Counted from the first letter of the stretch, positions 1 to 9,911 are shown. The stretch: 64,000 nucleotides of DNA from Clostridia bacterium (GCA_017937285.1 JAGBDU010000021.1:15987-79986), one strand, 5' to 3'. Notes: generated from the letters alone by a model not told the origin. Translations and numbers: made by a program.

Positions 1-1367
1 TATATAATACAAATATGCCATCACTTACTTTAGGCTGTGGTACTTTTGGAGGCAACTCTACAACAGCAAATGTATCATCAGTTAATTTAATAAATGTAAA
101 AAGAGTCGCAAAAAGGAGGGTTAATATGCAATGGTTTAAAGTTCCAGAAAAAATATATTTTGAATCAGGATCTATATCATATTTAGAAAAAATGTTAGAT
201 ATTTCAAGAGCATTTATAGTAACAGATCCAGGTATGGTTAAACTTGGATATGTTGATAAAATTTTATATCATCTAAGAAAAAGAAAAGAATATGTTCATT
301 CAGAAATATTCGCAGAAGTTGAGCCAGATCCATCTTTTGACACAATAAAAAAAGGTGTTGCAATGATGAATTCATTCAATCCAGATGTAATTATAGCAAT
401 AGGTGGAGGAAGTGCAATGGATGCAGCCAAAGGAATGTGGTTATTTTACGAGCATCCAGAAGCAGATGTAGAAGGTTTAAAACTAAAATTTATGGATATA
501 CGTAAACGTACATATAAATTCCCAAAATTAGGAGAAAAAGCAAAAATGGTATGTATTCCAACAACATCTGGAACAGGTTCAGAAGTTACATCTTTTGCAG
601 TAATTACAGATAAAAAACTTAACAAAAAATACCCATTAGCAGATTATGAACTAACACCAGATATTGCAATTATAGATCCAGACTTGGTATCAAGTTTACC
701 AAAAAGCATCACAGCAGATACAGGAATGGATGTGCTAACACATGCAATTGAAGCATATGTATCTAATATGGCATCTGATTTTACAGATGGGTTAGCAGAA
801 AAAGCAATTGAACTTGTATTTAAAAATTTAAAAGAAGCATATGAACACGGAGATAATCAATATGCAAGGGAAAGAATGCATAATGCAAGCTGTATAGCAG
901 GAATGGCTTTTTCAAATGCATTTTTAGGAGTAAACCATTCTATAGCACATAAATTAGGGGGAGAGTTCCATTTACCACATGGAAGAGCAAATGCAATAAT
1001 ACTTCCATATGTAATAAGATACAATAGCACAAAGCCAACTAAATTCGTTTCATTCCCTAAATACGAATATTTTATTGCTGATGAAAAATATGCAGAAATT
1101 GCAAGAAGATTAGGTCTAAAGGCTAAAACAACAGAGCAAGGGGTAGAGTCATTAATCGAAGCAGTAAAACAATTAAATAAAGATTTAGGAATTCCAAAAA
1201 CTTTAAAAGAAGCAGGAATAGATGAACAAGAATTCTTATCTAAAGTAGATAAATTATCAGAAATGGCATTCGAAGATCAATGTACAACTGCAAACCCAAG
1301 ATTACCATTAGTTCATGAAATAAAAGAATTGATGCTTCAAGCTTATTATGGGGAGAGAGAAGAATAA
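1..1367 (+). CDS. adhE: bifunctional aldehyde/alcohol dehydrogenase, C-terminal iron-ADH half (5' part outside window)
   Basis: Reading frame is open to the window edge. Translation (NMQWFKVPEKIYFESGS, GGGSAMDAAK, NHSIAHKLGGEFHLPHG) matches the linker plus Fe-alcohol dehydrogenase domain of AdhE. Confidence 0.9.
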   Translation, partial: YNTNMPSLTLGCGTFGGNSTTANVSSVNLINVKRVAKRRVNMQWFKVPEKIYFESGSISYLEKMLDISRAFIVTDPGMVKLGYVDKILYHLRKRKEYVHSEIFAEVEPDPSFDTIKKGVAMMNSFNPDVIIAIGGGSAMDAAKGMWLFYEHPEADVEGLKLKFMDIRKRTYKFPKLGEKAKMVCIPTTSGTGSEVTSFAVITDKKLNKKYPLADYELTPDIAIIDPDLVSSLPKSITADTGMDVLTHAIEAYVSNMASDFTDGLAEKAIELVFKNLKEAYEHGDNQYARERMHNASCIAGMAFSNAFLGVNHSIAHKLGGEFHLPHGRANAIILPYVIRYNSTKPTKFVSFPKYEYFIADEKYAEIARRLGLKAKTTEQGVESLIEAVKQLNKDLGIPKTLKEAGIDEQEFLSKVDKLSEMAFEDQCTTANPRLPLVHEIKELMLQAYYGEREE

Positions 1368-1410
1368 AATATGAATAATGTTTTTGTAATAAAAGCATAA
1401 AATTTAAAAT

Positions 1411-1439
1411 TTGACATATAATAAAAAATAGGCTATAAT
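1411..1439 (+). promoter_or_regulatory. consensus sigma-A type promoter with no downstream CDS
   Basis: TTGACA (1411-1416), exact 17-nt spacer, TATAAT (1434-1439). About 80 nt downstream lies the terminator at 1493-1527. Confidence 0.5.
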
Positions 1440-1492
1440 ACTAATAGCTCAAATGAGTAGAGATTTCAAATTTAAAAAAGTTGTAAACATTA

Positions 1493-1527
1493 AAAAAGAC
1501 TAGGAATGGCAGTTCCTAGTCTTTTTA
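1493..1527. terminator. bidirectional intrinsic terminator
   Basis: Stem aaaagactaggaa / ttcctagtctttt with loop tggcag, preceded by an A-run and followed by a T-run. Confidence 0.6.
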
Positions 1528-1725
1528 GTAATTTGCTATTTTTCATCATTCATTATAAGATAAATGATTACTAAAGCTAGCAATTTAAGTAAAGATTTCA
1601 ATTGTTGCAAACACCTCCCTTATACAGGGATTTGTCCTATATAGGACTTGAATATTATATATTATTTAGCATATAAAATAATAAAAAATAGCATATAATA
1701 ATTTAATTATAATTATTCAACAGTT

Positions 1726-2526
1726 TTAATCAACTAATTTAGCACAAACTAACAATCTTTGATTATTTAAACCATAGCAAGTGTACAATGTAATTATTTG
1801 TTCAGTATCATCTAAGTTTGTATTGAAGTTATGTGAGCTGGTATTTTTTAATTTTTGTATATATAAATTAAATTCATCCTTTGAAGAAAAGCCAGTTTGC
1901 AAATATGAACTTACATCTTTATCATTACATACAAATGTTGAAAATATTTTATACACATGGCTTTCATTAAGTGTTGAAAAATTAATATATAAGTTTTCTT
2001 CATTAGAATACCATTCAGATTCTAAAACAGTTTTTAAAGAACCAAACATACTTTTATCTTTTCTATTATGACCGTAGATAATGATATTAGAAGATTCACC
2101 AATGTTACATCTATAATCAGCAAATATCCAGCCCGCAGAATTATTAGAATTGTCAAAAGAATGATTTAAATAATAGTCATTATTATTTATTTGAACAACT
2201 GGATAATTAATTTTTGTATTAGGAACATATACCCAACCTACAGTATTTTGATTTGTTTTTAATAATTCTGAAAAATCAAAATTATGCTTAGTAATACTTT
2301 GATCTTCTACAACAATTTGCTCTTGCGTAATAGTAGTTTTTGACTGAATATCGCTTAATAAAGAATCGCTAGTATGATTTTCTAAAAGCCAATATCCTAT
2401 GTTATATAAAGAAAAAATAATAACAATAATACAAATTATAATTATTATTTTTGAAACAATACTAGTTTCATTTTTTTTTTCTTTTTTATGATTTTCTTTA
2501 AAATTTTTTCCTTTTGTTTTATTCAT
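1726..2526 (-). CDS. srtB: class B sortase
   Basis: N-terminal TM helix, then NTVGWVYVPNTKINYPVVQ..NNDYYLNHSF...GWIFADYRCN, IIIYGHN and TLYTC catalytic Cys motif typical of SrtB. Confidence 0.75.
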   Translation of the reverse strand: MNKTKGKNFKENHKKEKKNETSIVSKIIIIICIIVIIFSLYNIGYWLLENHTSDSLLSDIQSKTTITQEQIVVEDQSITKHNFDFSELLKTNQNTVGWVYVPNTKINYPVVQINNNDYYLNHSFDNSNNSAGWIFADYRCNIGESSNIIIYGHNRKDKSMFGSLKTVLESEWYSNEENLYINFSTLNESHVYKIFSTFVCNDKDVSSYLQTGFSSKDEFNLYIQKLKNTSSHNFNTNLDDTEQIITLYTCYGLNNQRLLVCAKLVD

Positions 2527-2553
2527 TTAACTCACCCAAAATACTATATAAAA

Positions 2554-3939
2554 TTAAAATTCACAATTTTTTGGAGTTCTAGGGAAAGGTATAACATCAC
2601 GAATATTTTGCATACCAGTTAAGTACATCATCATTCTTTCAAATCCTAGTCCAAATCCAGAATGTTTTGTGCTTCCGTATTTTCTTAAATCTAAATACCA
2701 CCAATAATCTTCTTCATTCATTCCAAGATCTTTAATTTTGTTTTGTAATATTTCTAAATTGTCTTCTCTTTGGCTTCCTCCAATTATTTCTCCAATTCCA
2801 GGAGCTAGTAAATCTGCTGCTGCAACAGTTTTTCCATCTGGGTTTAGTTTCATATAAAAAGCTTTTATTTCAGCTGGATAATCTGTGACAAATACAGGTT
2901 TTTTAAATACAACTTCACACAAATATCTTTCATGTTCTGTTTGTAAATCTGTACCCCATTCAACAGGGAATTCAAATTTGTCGTTATTTTTTTCTAATTC
3001 TTTTATCGCATCTGTGTAGCTAATTCTAGCAAAATCTGAATTTAATACATTATTTAATTTTTCAAACAATCCTTTATCAATAAAATTATTAAAAAATTCC
3101 ATTTCTTCTGGGCAATTATCCATAACGTATTTAATAATATATTTTACCATATCTTCTGCCAAATCCATATCATCTTTTAAATCTGCAAAACATATTTCTG
3201 GTTCAATCATCCAAAATTCAGAAGCATGTTTTACGGTATTTGAATTTTCAGATCTAAAAGTAGGTCCAAAAGTATATACATTTCTGAATGCATGTGCATA
3301 AGTTTCAACACTTAGTTGTCCACTTACAGTAAGGTGAGCTGGTTTTCCAAAAAAGTCTTCTGAATAAGCAACTTCACCATCTTCTGTTTTGGGTACATTG
3401 TTTAAATCAAATGTAGTTAAATTAAACATTTCTCCTGCACCTTCACAGTCACTAGATGTAATTATTGGGGTGTGAACATATACAAATCCTCTTTCTTGAA
3501 AGAATTTGTGGATTGCATATGATAAAACAGAACGAACTCTGAATACAGCATTAAAAGTATTTGTTCTTGGTCTTAAATGTGCAATAGTTCTTAAATATTC
3601 AAAAGAATGCCTTTTCTTTTGAAGTGGATAATCTAAGTCTGCTGCAAATTCAATATCTATTTTGGTAGCTTTTATTTCAAATGGTTGTTTTGCACCTTCT
3701 GTTTTTACAAATTTACCAGTAACGGCAATAGTTGAACTAAGAGGCAATTTGCATACTTCTGCAAAGTTTTCTAATGAATCTTCAAAAACTATTTGTATAT
3801 TTTTAAAAAATGTTCCATCATTTAATTCTATAAAGCCAAATGTTTTAGAATCTCTAACTGTTTTTACCCAACCTTCTACAGAAATTTCTTTATCTGCATA
3901 AGCATCAATATTTGAATATAAATTTTTTATTAATTCCAT
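2554..3939 (-). CDS. asnS: asparagine--tRNA ligase
   Basis: Translation from [10 protein letters not shown]...[22 protein letters not shown] to class II aaRS motifs ([28 protein letters not shown]). ATG at 3937-3939 sits behind AAGGAG. The longer tabulated ORF (to 4275) only translates the upstream repeat array. Confidence 0.93.
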   Translation of the reverse strand: MELIKNLYSNIDAYADKEISVEGWVKTVRDSKTFGFIELNDGTFFKNIQIVFEDSLENFAEVCKLPLSSTIAVTGKFVKTEGAKQPFEIKATKIDIEFAADLDYPLQKKRHSFEYLRTIAHLRPRTNTFNAVFRVRSVLSYAIHKFFQERGFVYVHTPIITSSDCEGAGEMFNLTTFDLNNVPKTEDGEVAYSEDFFGKPAHLTVSGQLSVETYAHAFRNVYTFGPTFRSENSNTVKHASEFWMIEPEICFADLKDDMDLAEDMVKYIIKYVMDNCPEEMEFFNNFIDKGLFEKLNNVLNSDFARISYTDAIKELEKNNDKFEFPVEWGTDLQTEHERYLCEVVFKKPVFVTDYPAEIKAFYMKLNPDGKTVAAADLLAPGIGEIIGGSQREDNLEILQNKIKDLGMNEEDYWWYLDLRKYGSTKHSGFGLGFERMMMYLTGMQNIRDVIPFPRTPKNCEF

Positions 3940-3968
3940 AACGCATCTCCTTAAAATCAATATGTAAT

Positions 3969-3997
3969 AATATATCACAAAAAGAGCGCTTTGTAAA
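3969..3997 (-). promoter_or_regulatory. asnS promoter
   Basis: On the minus strand: TTTACA (3992-3997), 17-nt spacer, TATATT (3969-3974), about 30 nt upstream of the asnS ATG. Confidence 0.5.
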
Positions 3998-3998
3998 T

Positions 3999-4081
3999 GG
4001 GGACGGAGAATTTTGGGGACGGAGAATCGGGGACGGAGAATTTCGGGGACGGAGAATCTCCGTCCCCGATTCTCCGTCCCC
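3999..4081. repeat. GC-rich 13-mer array: 4 direct plus 2 inverted GGGGACGGAGAAT units
   Basis: Direct units at 3999-4011, 4015-4027, 4029-4041 and 4045-4057. Inverted copies at about 4056-4067 (partial) and 4069-4081 (ATTCTCCGTCCCC). Followed by A8. Confidence 0.9.
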
Positions 4082-4093
4082 CAAAAAAAACAC

Positions 4094-4122
4094 TTGATAA
4101 TAGGTGAATAAACTGGTAAAAT
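4094..4122 (+). promoter_or_regulatory. promoter of the metallophosphoesterase gene
   Basis: TTGATA (4094-4099), 17-nt spacer, TAAAAT (4117-4122). Confidence 0.5.
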
Positions 4123-4154
4123 TAATATAAAAGTATAACAATAAGGGAGTGAAT

Positions 4155-4958
4155 ATGGAAAAAATAGCAGTAATAAGTGATGTACATGCAAACATAACAG
4201 CACTAAATGCGGTATTAAGCGATATAAAAAATAGAAACATAAGAAAAATAATATGCTTAGGGGATATTGTCTCAAAAGGTGCTAATCCTAAAAAAGTAAT
4301 AGATATTATTAAAGAAAATTGCGAAGTTATACTAAAAGGTAATTGTGATGAAGTAATGACTTCTGATAAAGCATTAATAAAAAAGTTTTGGACAAGAATG
4401 CAAATTGGCGAGGAAAGAGCAGAGTTTTTAAAAAATCTTCCTATAATGTATGAGTTCTATTTAAGCGGGTATTTAATAAGGCTTTTTCATGCATCTCCAT
4501 ACGGATTAGATTTATTATTTAATCCAGCATACTCAAACAAAAAAAATAGTTATGCAAATTTAGAAATAGATAATCCATTAGATTTATTTAAAAATACAGA
4601 ATTTATAGGAAAAACAGAAAAAGACAAAATACCAGACATAATAGGATATGGGCACATACATACTCCAAATTTAGTAAGATATCAAAATAAATTAATATTT
4701 AATACAGGAAGTGTAGGAGCACCAATTGAAATGTTAAATAAAAATGAGTATTGTCCAACTAACAAGTTTTCAACAGTTGCTTCATATACTATATTAGAAG
4801 GAAAACATGATGAAAAAGAATTACAACCAATACTAATTACAAATGTACGTGTACCATATAATATTGGTGAAGAAATTGAAATACTAAAAAATTCTAGTAT
4901 GCCAGGAAAAGAAAAAATAATAAAATCATTAAAAACAGCAATAAGCGAATATAAGTAA
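4155..4958 (+). CDS. metallophosphoesterase (calcineurin-like, YfcE/MJ0936-type)
   Basis: [19 protein letters not shown] and GHIHTP metal-binding motifs. ATG at 4155 lies 5 nt after AAGGGAG. Confidence 0.75.
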   Translation: MEKIAVISDVHANITALNAVLSDIKNRNIRKIICLGDIVSKGANPKKVIDIIKENCEVILKGNCDEVMTSDKALIKKFWTRMQIGEERAEFLKNLPIMYEFYLSGYLIRLFHASPYGLDLLFNPAYSNKKNSYANLEIDNPLDLFKNTEFIGKTEKDKIPDIIGYGHIHTPNLVRYQNKLIFNTGSVGAPIEMLNKNEYCPTNKFSTVASYTILEGKHDEKELQPILITNVRVPYNIGEEIEILKNSSMPGKEKIIKSLKTAISEYK

Positions 4959-4994
4959 AAAGGAGAGATATGTATAAATATCAAAAAAGAACCT

Positions 4995-6251
4995 ATGAAA
5001 AATAAAATAATTGATGTTAAATTACAAAAAGCCCAAACTATATTAAAAAAATATGGTCAGGAACAGTTATTGCAATTTTATGATGAATTAGATATTTACC
5101 AAAAAGAATTATTATTAGATCAAATTGTAAAAACTAATTTTGAACGTTTGAATAAAATATATACTAAATCTCTAACAAATAAAATAATTAATCATAAAAA
5201 TATATCACCAATTAATTATTTTTGTTTTGAAGATTTTTCACAAGAGAAGAAAAATGAATATAAATTAATAGGTGATAAAATAATAAAAAATAATGAATTA
5301 GCAGTAATAACACTTGCTGGAGGGCAAGGAACAAGGCTTGGGTATAAAGGACCTAAAGGTTGCTATGAAATAGATGTTCCGCCAAAGAAATCATTATTTG
5401 AATTTTTATCTGATAAATTAAAAAAAGTTCATATAGAGTATGGAGTATATTTAAATTGGTATATTATGACTAGCATATTTAATGATGAAGATACTAAAGA
5501 ATATTTTAAACAAAAAAATTATTTTGGATATGATAAAGATAAAATATACTTTTTTAAGCAAGATACATTACCATTGGTAGATAAAGAAGGTAAAATTATT
5601 TTAGATAATTTATATACTCTAAAAGAAGGCTCTAATGGTAATGGAGATGTATTTAAAGCTTTTTATAAATCAGGTTTATTAAAAACTACATCAAAGATCA
5701 ATTGGTTTACCATTTCAGGAATTGACAATATTTTATTAGAAATAATTGATCCTATTTTACTAGGATTGATGGTAAGTAATAAATCAAATGTGGCCGCAAA
5801 ATCTATTGCAAAAGAAAATATTAATGATAAAGATTGGGTTTTTGCTAAAGTTAACAATAAAGTAAATATTATAAATCCCAAACATTTAACAGCAGATATG
5901 TTAAATTCAAAAAATGAGCGCGGAAAATATAATTATAATCAAATAAATATATTATCACATATTTTTGATAAAAAAACTTTTATAAAAGCGATTGATTTAA
6001 AATTACCATACCATAGAGCTTTCAAAAAAAATGATTATATAAATAAAGAAGGTGTAAAAACTGTGCCTTCAGAGCCAAATACTTTTAAATTTGAGAAGTT
6101 TATTTTTGATGCTTTTAAAATAAGTAAAAATTTTACATTATTAGAAGTAAAAAAAGAAGACGAGTTTGCACCAATCAAGGCTTTTTCAGGAAACGAAACG
6201 CCAGAAATTGCATTAGCGATGTACTTAAACAAAAAAAACGCACATAGGTGA
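4995..6251 (+). CDS. UDPGP-family sugar-1-phosphate uridylyltransferase (UAP1/UDP-GlcNAc pyrophosphorylase-like)
   Basis: LAGGQGTRLGYKGPKG nucleotide-binding loop and overall length typical of the eukaryote-type UDPGP family. Confidence 0.7.
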   Translation: MKNKIIDVKLQKAQTILKKYGQEQLLQFYDELDIYQKELLLDQIVKTNFERLNKIYTKSLTNKIINHKNISPINYFCFEDFSQEKKNEYKLIGDKIIKNNELAVITLAGGQGTRLGYKGPKGCYEIDVPPKKSLFEFLSDKLKKVHIEYGVYLNWYIMTSIFNDEDTKEYFKQKNYFGYDKDKIYFFKQDTLPLVDKEGKIILDNLYTLKEGSNGNGDVFKAFYKSGLLKTTSKINWFTISGIDNILLEIIDPILLGLMVSNKSNVAAKSIAKENINDKDWVFAKVNNKVNIINPKHLTADMLNSKNERGKYNYNQINILSHIFDKKTFIKAIDLKLPYHRAFKKNDYINKEGVKTVPSEPNTFKFEKFIFDAFKISKNFTLLEVKKEDEFAPIKAFSGNETPEIALAMYLNKKNAHR

Positions 6252-6410
6252 TATTAAAAATGTAAATGCATATATGGAACGTAAAAAAATGTTCAAACGT
6301 TCTTTATGTGCATTTTTACGATTTACGGTATATTAAATTAATTATAACTGTATGCTGTGCTTTAAACTGACCAAAATTAAAACTATATCTATCTTAAAAT
6401 TTACATAAGT

Positions 6411-6439
6411 TTGACTTTTGTCTAGAAATTTGATACAAT
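6411..6439 (+). promoter_or_regulatory. mtaB promoter
   Basis: TTGACT (6411-6416), 17-nt spacer, TACAAT (6434-6439). Confidence 0.5.
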
Positions 6440-6473
6440 CAAAAATATTTAAAAAGAGAAAAATAGGAGAAAT

Positions 6474-7781
6474 ATGAAAATGAATGAATCAAAAAAAGTA
6501 GCATTTTGCTCTTTAGGTTGTAAAGTAAATCAATACGAAACAAATGCAATGTCACAAAAATTTATAGAGCACGGATATGAAGTAGTTCCATTTGATAAAT
6601 ATGCTGATATATATATTGTAAATACTTGCACAGTAACAAATGTAGCAGATAGAAAATCAAGACAAATGTTAAGAAGGGCAAAAGAAATAAATAGTAATTC
6701 AACACTAGTAGCATGTGGATGTTATGCACAAGTTGCAAAAGATGAACTTAAAAAGATTGAAGAAATAGATTTAATACTAGGAAATAACGAAAAAAATGAT
6801 ATTGTACAAGTAATCGAAAATCATATTAAAGAAAAAGGAATAGAAGAATATGTATCTGATGTAATGTATAAAACAGATTATGTAGAGCTTGGAACAACAA
6901 CATATACAGAAAAAACAAGAGCAGTAATAAAAGTTCAAGATGGTTGTGATAGATTCTGTTCATATTGCTTAATTCCATTTGCAAGAGGACATATACGTAG
7001 TAGAAAAATTGAAAATGTAATTGAAGAAATTGAAAAAATAGTATCTGATGGAATAAATGAAGTAGTAATTACAGGTATTCATATTGCATCATATGGAAGA
7101 GATTTAAAAAATGGTATTGGATTGATTGATTTATTAGAAGAAATAAATAAAATAGAAGGATTACACAGAATAAGATTAGGTTCAATAGAGCCAACAATAA
7201 TAACAGATGAATTTGTAGAAAGATTATCAAAGCTAGACAAAATATGTGATCATTTCCATTTATCATTACAAAGTGGATGTACAGAAACTTTAAAAAGAAT
7301 GAATAGAAGATATACAGCAGAAGAATTTAAACAGGTAACAAAAAGGTTAAGATCAAAATTCCCAAATGCAGCACTTACAACAGATATTATAGTTGGTTTT
7401 CCAGGTGAAACAGAAGAAGAATTTAATTCAACATATGAATTCTTAAGTGAAATATCATTTTATAAAATGCATATATTCAAATATTCACCAAGAAAAGGAA
7501 CAAAAGCAGCAGTTATGCCAAATCAAATAGATGGTAAAATAAAAGAAGAGCGCAGTAGAAAATTAATTGAATTATCAAATGAAAATGAAAACAGATATAA
7601 TCATGAGTATGTTGGAAAAGAAGTTGAAGTTTTATTTGAAGAAAGAGAAGGAGAATTCATTAAAGGACATACTAAGAATTATGTTGTTGTTATGTTTAAA
7701 ACTGAAAGTGATGAGTTAGTTAATAAAATTGCAAAAGTTAAAGTTTTTGAAGCAAAAAGCGATTGTTTGATAGCATTTTAA
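6474..7781 (+). CDS. mtaB: tRNA (N6-threonylcarbamoyladenosine) methylthiotransferase
   Basis: N-terminal VAFCSLGCKVNQYETNAM, radical-SAM CDRFCSYCLIPFARG, C-terminal TRAM-like region. RBS is AGGAGA. Confidence 0.85.
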   Translation: MKMNESKKVAFCSLGCKVNQYETNAMSQKFIEHGYEVVPFDKYADIYIVNTCTVTNVADRKSRQMLRRAKEINSNSTLVACGCYAQVAKDELKKIEEIDLILGNNEKNDIVQVIENHIKEKGIEEYVSDVMYKTDYVELGTTTYTEKTRAVIKVQDGCDRFCSYCLIPFARGHIRSRKIENVIEEIEKIVSDGINEVVITGIHIASYGRDLKNGIGLIDLLEEINKIEGLHRIRLGSIEPTIITDEFVERLSKLDKICDHFHLSLQSGCTETLKRMNRRYTAEEFKQVTKRLRSKFPNAALTTDIIVGFPGETEEEFNSTYEFLSEISFYKMHIFKYSPRKGTKAAVMPNQIDGKIKEERSRKLIELSNENENRYNHEYVGKEVEVLFEEREGEFIKGHTKNYVVVMFKTESDELVNKIAKVKVFEAKSDCLIAF

Positions 7782-7875
7782 AGTTTTGTAAAGCAATTGA
7801 CATATTATGTAAAATAGTATATACTATAAAAAGTTCTTTAAAAAAAGACAATAAAAAATGAAAGGTTGATGAAAT

Positions 7876-8262
7876 GTGAATCCACGAGATTATGTCCAAT
7901 TCACAAGTCTACTTCGGAAAGAATTTATTCTGAGGGGAATACATTTTATTCAGGGAAATAACGGAACTTTTTGTGTACAGAATGCAATTAAGCCCAATTA
8001 TGAATATACAATATTCATTAATGAAAAAGGCTTATGCTATGTTTCAAAAGGTAAAGTAAAAAATGGCTTAATTGACTTATTAAGAAGAGACAAAAAAATC
8101 ATTAACAGACAAATATGCATCGAAACGGTAAATTATAAGTGTTTTTTAGAATCATTAGATTCAGATGAGATATATAAGAGAAAATATGGTTTTTCTCAAA
8201 ATGCTGTTATCGACTTAGCATTTGTTTTATGTTTTGATATCCCTCAATTTATTAAGACTTAA
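7876..8262 (+). CDS. hypothetical protein (GTG start)
   Basis: 128-aa ORF followed by a terminator hairpin at about 8282-8325. No recognisable motif. Confidence 0.4.
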   Translation: MNPRDYVQFTSLLRKEFILRGIHFIQGNNGTFCVQNAIKPNYEYTIFINEKGLCYVSKGKVKNGLIDLLRRDKKIINRQICIETVNYKCFLESLDSDEIYKRKYGFSQNAVIDLAFVLCFDIPQFIKT

Positions 8263-8320
8263 GCATTAAAATTTTTCATAAAAAGAGATTTGAACTAAAT
8301 TTTAGATCAAATCTCTTTTT

Positions 8321-8420
8321 TATAAATTCGTATGTATCTATTTTTTCTTCAATTTTGTTCTATATTTATAAGACATTGTAAAAACGATGTGCAAATGTTT
8401 GCAATGAATAGATTTTTTTG
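8321..8420 (-). pseudogene. internally deleted remnant of an IS91-family transposase gene
   Basis: 8321-8360 aligns with 35331-35370 (35/40 identical). 8371-8420 aligns with 35895-35944 (45/50 identical) of the intact transposase gene. The intervening ~525 bp are missing. Confidence 0.6.
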
Positions 8421-8662
8421 TTCTATTTGTAGTATCTAAATCTCATACTTCTGGTATATAAATTTTTTTCATAAAAGCAAATCTTTTCAACTTTTTTTGA
8501 TTTTGATTCGTATTATATTTAGAAAAAAAGTTGAAATTAATTTTTTTTATTGTTATACTCAATGTATAATTAAAAGGAGAAGTTTAGTATGAAAAAAATA
8601 TTAAATTTTTTTCATAACTATGTGTGACTTTAAACGAAGTAAGAAAGGAATGTGAGTTTTAT

Positions 8663-9443
8663 ATGAAAAAATTAGGTAAAGTTGTTTTAGTTTTATTAAT
8701 TCTAGTATTACTAGGTGTAGTAGGGTATGGAGGTTATTATTTATATAACCAAAATGAAGAGGCTAATAAAAAAATAGGTGAGTTGGAAAATAAAATTGTA
8801 ATAGTGAGCGAAAATAAAAATGAAGTAAATATTGATACTACAGAAAATACAAGTAATAATCAAAGTGATAAATACGAAAAAATAGTACCAAAATATTACA
8901 GTGATTATGATCCTGAAATATTTAAATCTGAATATGTTGCTTTTTTAGAAAATAGCGAATATATAGGTTTGGGCATAGATGAAATTATAAAGAATTCGGA
9001 TGAAACATATACTGTTAGAGGAACAGCAGTTTCAATGTATAAATTAAATGATGATGAAATAGCAGAACTTGAAAAAACAGGATATGTACATATTGAAGGA
9101 AAAAAAATGTAAAAAAGTAGATGAAGATAATGAGGGAATTCATATAGAAGAGTGTGAAGCAGATGAGAATGGATTCAAAATGAGATATTATTATAATAAA
9201 GTTACAAAAGAGGTAACAAGTCAATATGGACAATATTCAGAGATGTGGAGAGATACTGATAAAAAGATGGAAATTACTCTTGATAAGGACGTATTTGTTC
9301 CAAGTGATGCAGAAGTTGACCTTGAATATGGAATTGGAATGTCAATAGAAGAATTTTATAATGAAAGAAGATATGGTTACTATAATTTTGGGTTTAAAGA
9401 CGGTAAATGTATAGAAATGCTTCCTATTAGATTTACAACTTAA
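8663..9443 (+). pseudogene. membrane-anchored hypothetical protein split by a +1 frameshift in an A8 tract
   Basis: ORF 8663-9112 (MKKLGKVVLVLLILVLLG signal anchor) stops just after the A8 run at 9100-9107. The frame continues as ...KKCKKVDEDNEGIHIEE... to 9443 if one A is removed. Confidence 0.6.
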
Positions 9444-9565
9444 TTAGATCAATAAAATCAAATATATATAAATTTTGGATGACTTTTAATTAAAGTTCAC
9501 CCAAAATTTTTTTGCCTATTTCATAATTTGTGAATGTGAAAATCATGTAGACTTGAAATTAAGAA

Positions 9566-9670
9566 GTTACAGTTTAGGAGCATTAAGATAAGCTCTTCAA
9601 AGTAATATAAATTTTATATTACTTTGAACTCCTCTACAATAGAAAATTCAACGACTTACTGAATTGTAAC
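9566..9670. repeat. palindromic intergenic element (GTTACA.TT / GAATTGTAAC termini), copy E
   Basis: gttacagtt at 9566-9574 and gaattgtaac at 9661-9670 are inverted. They enclose a perfect 33-nt palindrome at 9596-9628. Confidence 0.5.
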
Positions 9671-9911
9671 ATTAAAAAATACTATTAAAACTTTTTAATC
9701 CACTATTTTTATAAAATGATATATGATATATTAAGGTTATAAATTTTAAACTTTTAGCGGTTTTAAATCGTTTTACAAATGAAGGGGGATAAAAATGAAG
9801 GAAAAGAAAACTGCAAATCACATTATTCACATAAAACAATCAAGCCCTTGCAATTTACCCCAAATTGTAATATAATTGACGAAAATTTATTTTTAGGGGA
9901 GATGAAAAATA

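Noticed and set aside
1781-2071. 96-aa plus-strand ORF inside the sortase B gene. The same applies to 3662-3901 inside asnS, 4682-4984, 5663-5881, 6035-6232, 7069-7266, 10193-10467 and 15796-15987.
   Set aside because: They are antisense or overlapping ORFs within strongly supported genes. They lack an RBS and have low-complexity translations.
3999-4081. CRISPR array (also considered for 62532-62575 and 20203-20250).
   Set aside because: The repeats are 11-16 nt with 1-3 nt or no spacers, and there are no ~30-nt unique spacers. No cas genes are in the window.
3940-4148. T-box riboswitch leader for asnS (and likewise 9480-9911 for alaS).
   Set aside because: I looked for the conserved T-box sequence (…GGUGGUACCGCG… type 14-mer) and a specifier-loop/terminator-antiterminator arrangement on the coding strand and found none. 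An Rfam scan would be the decisive test.
3905-4275. Tabulated ORFs running through the asnS upstream region (asnS extension to 4275 and the 111-aa ORF 3905-4240).
   Set aside because: They merely translate the GGGGACGGAGAAT repeat array ([12 protein letters not shown]...). asnS has a clean ATG with RBS at 3939 and a promoter between the ATG and the array.
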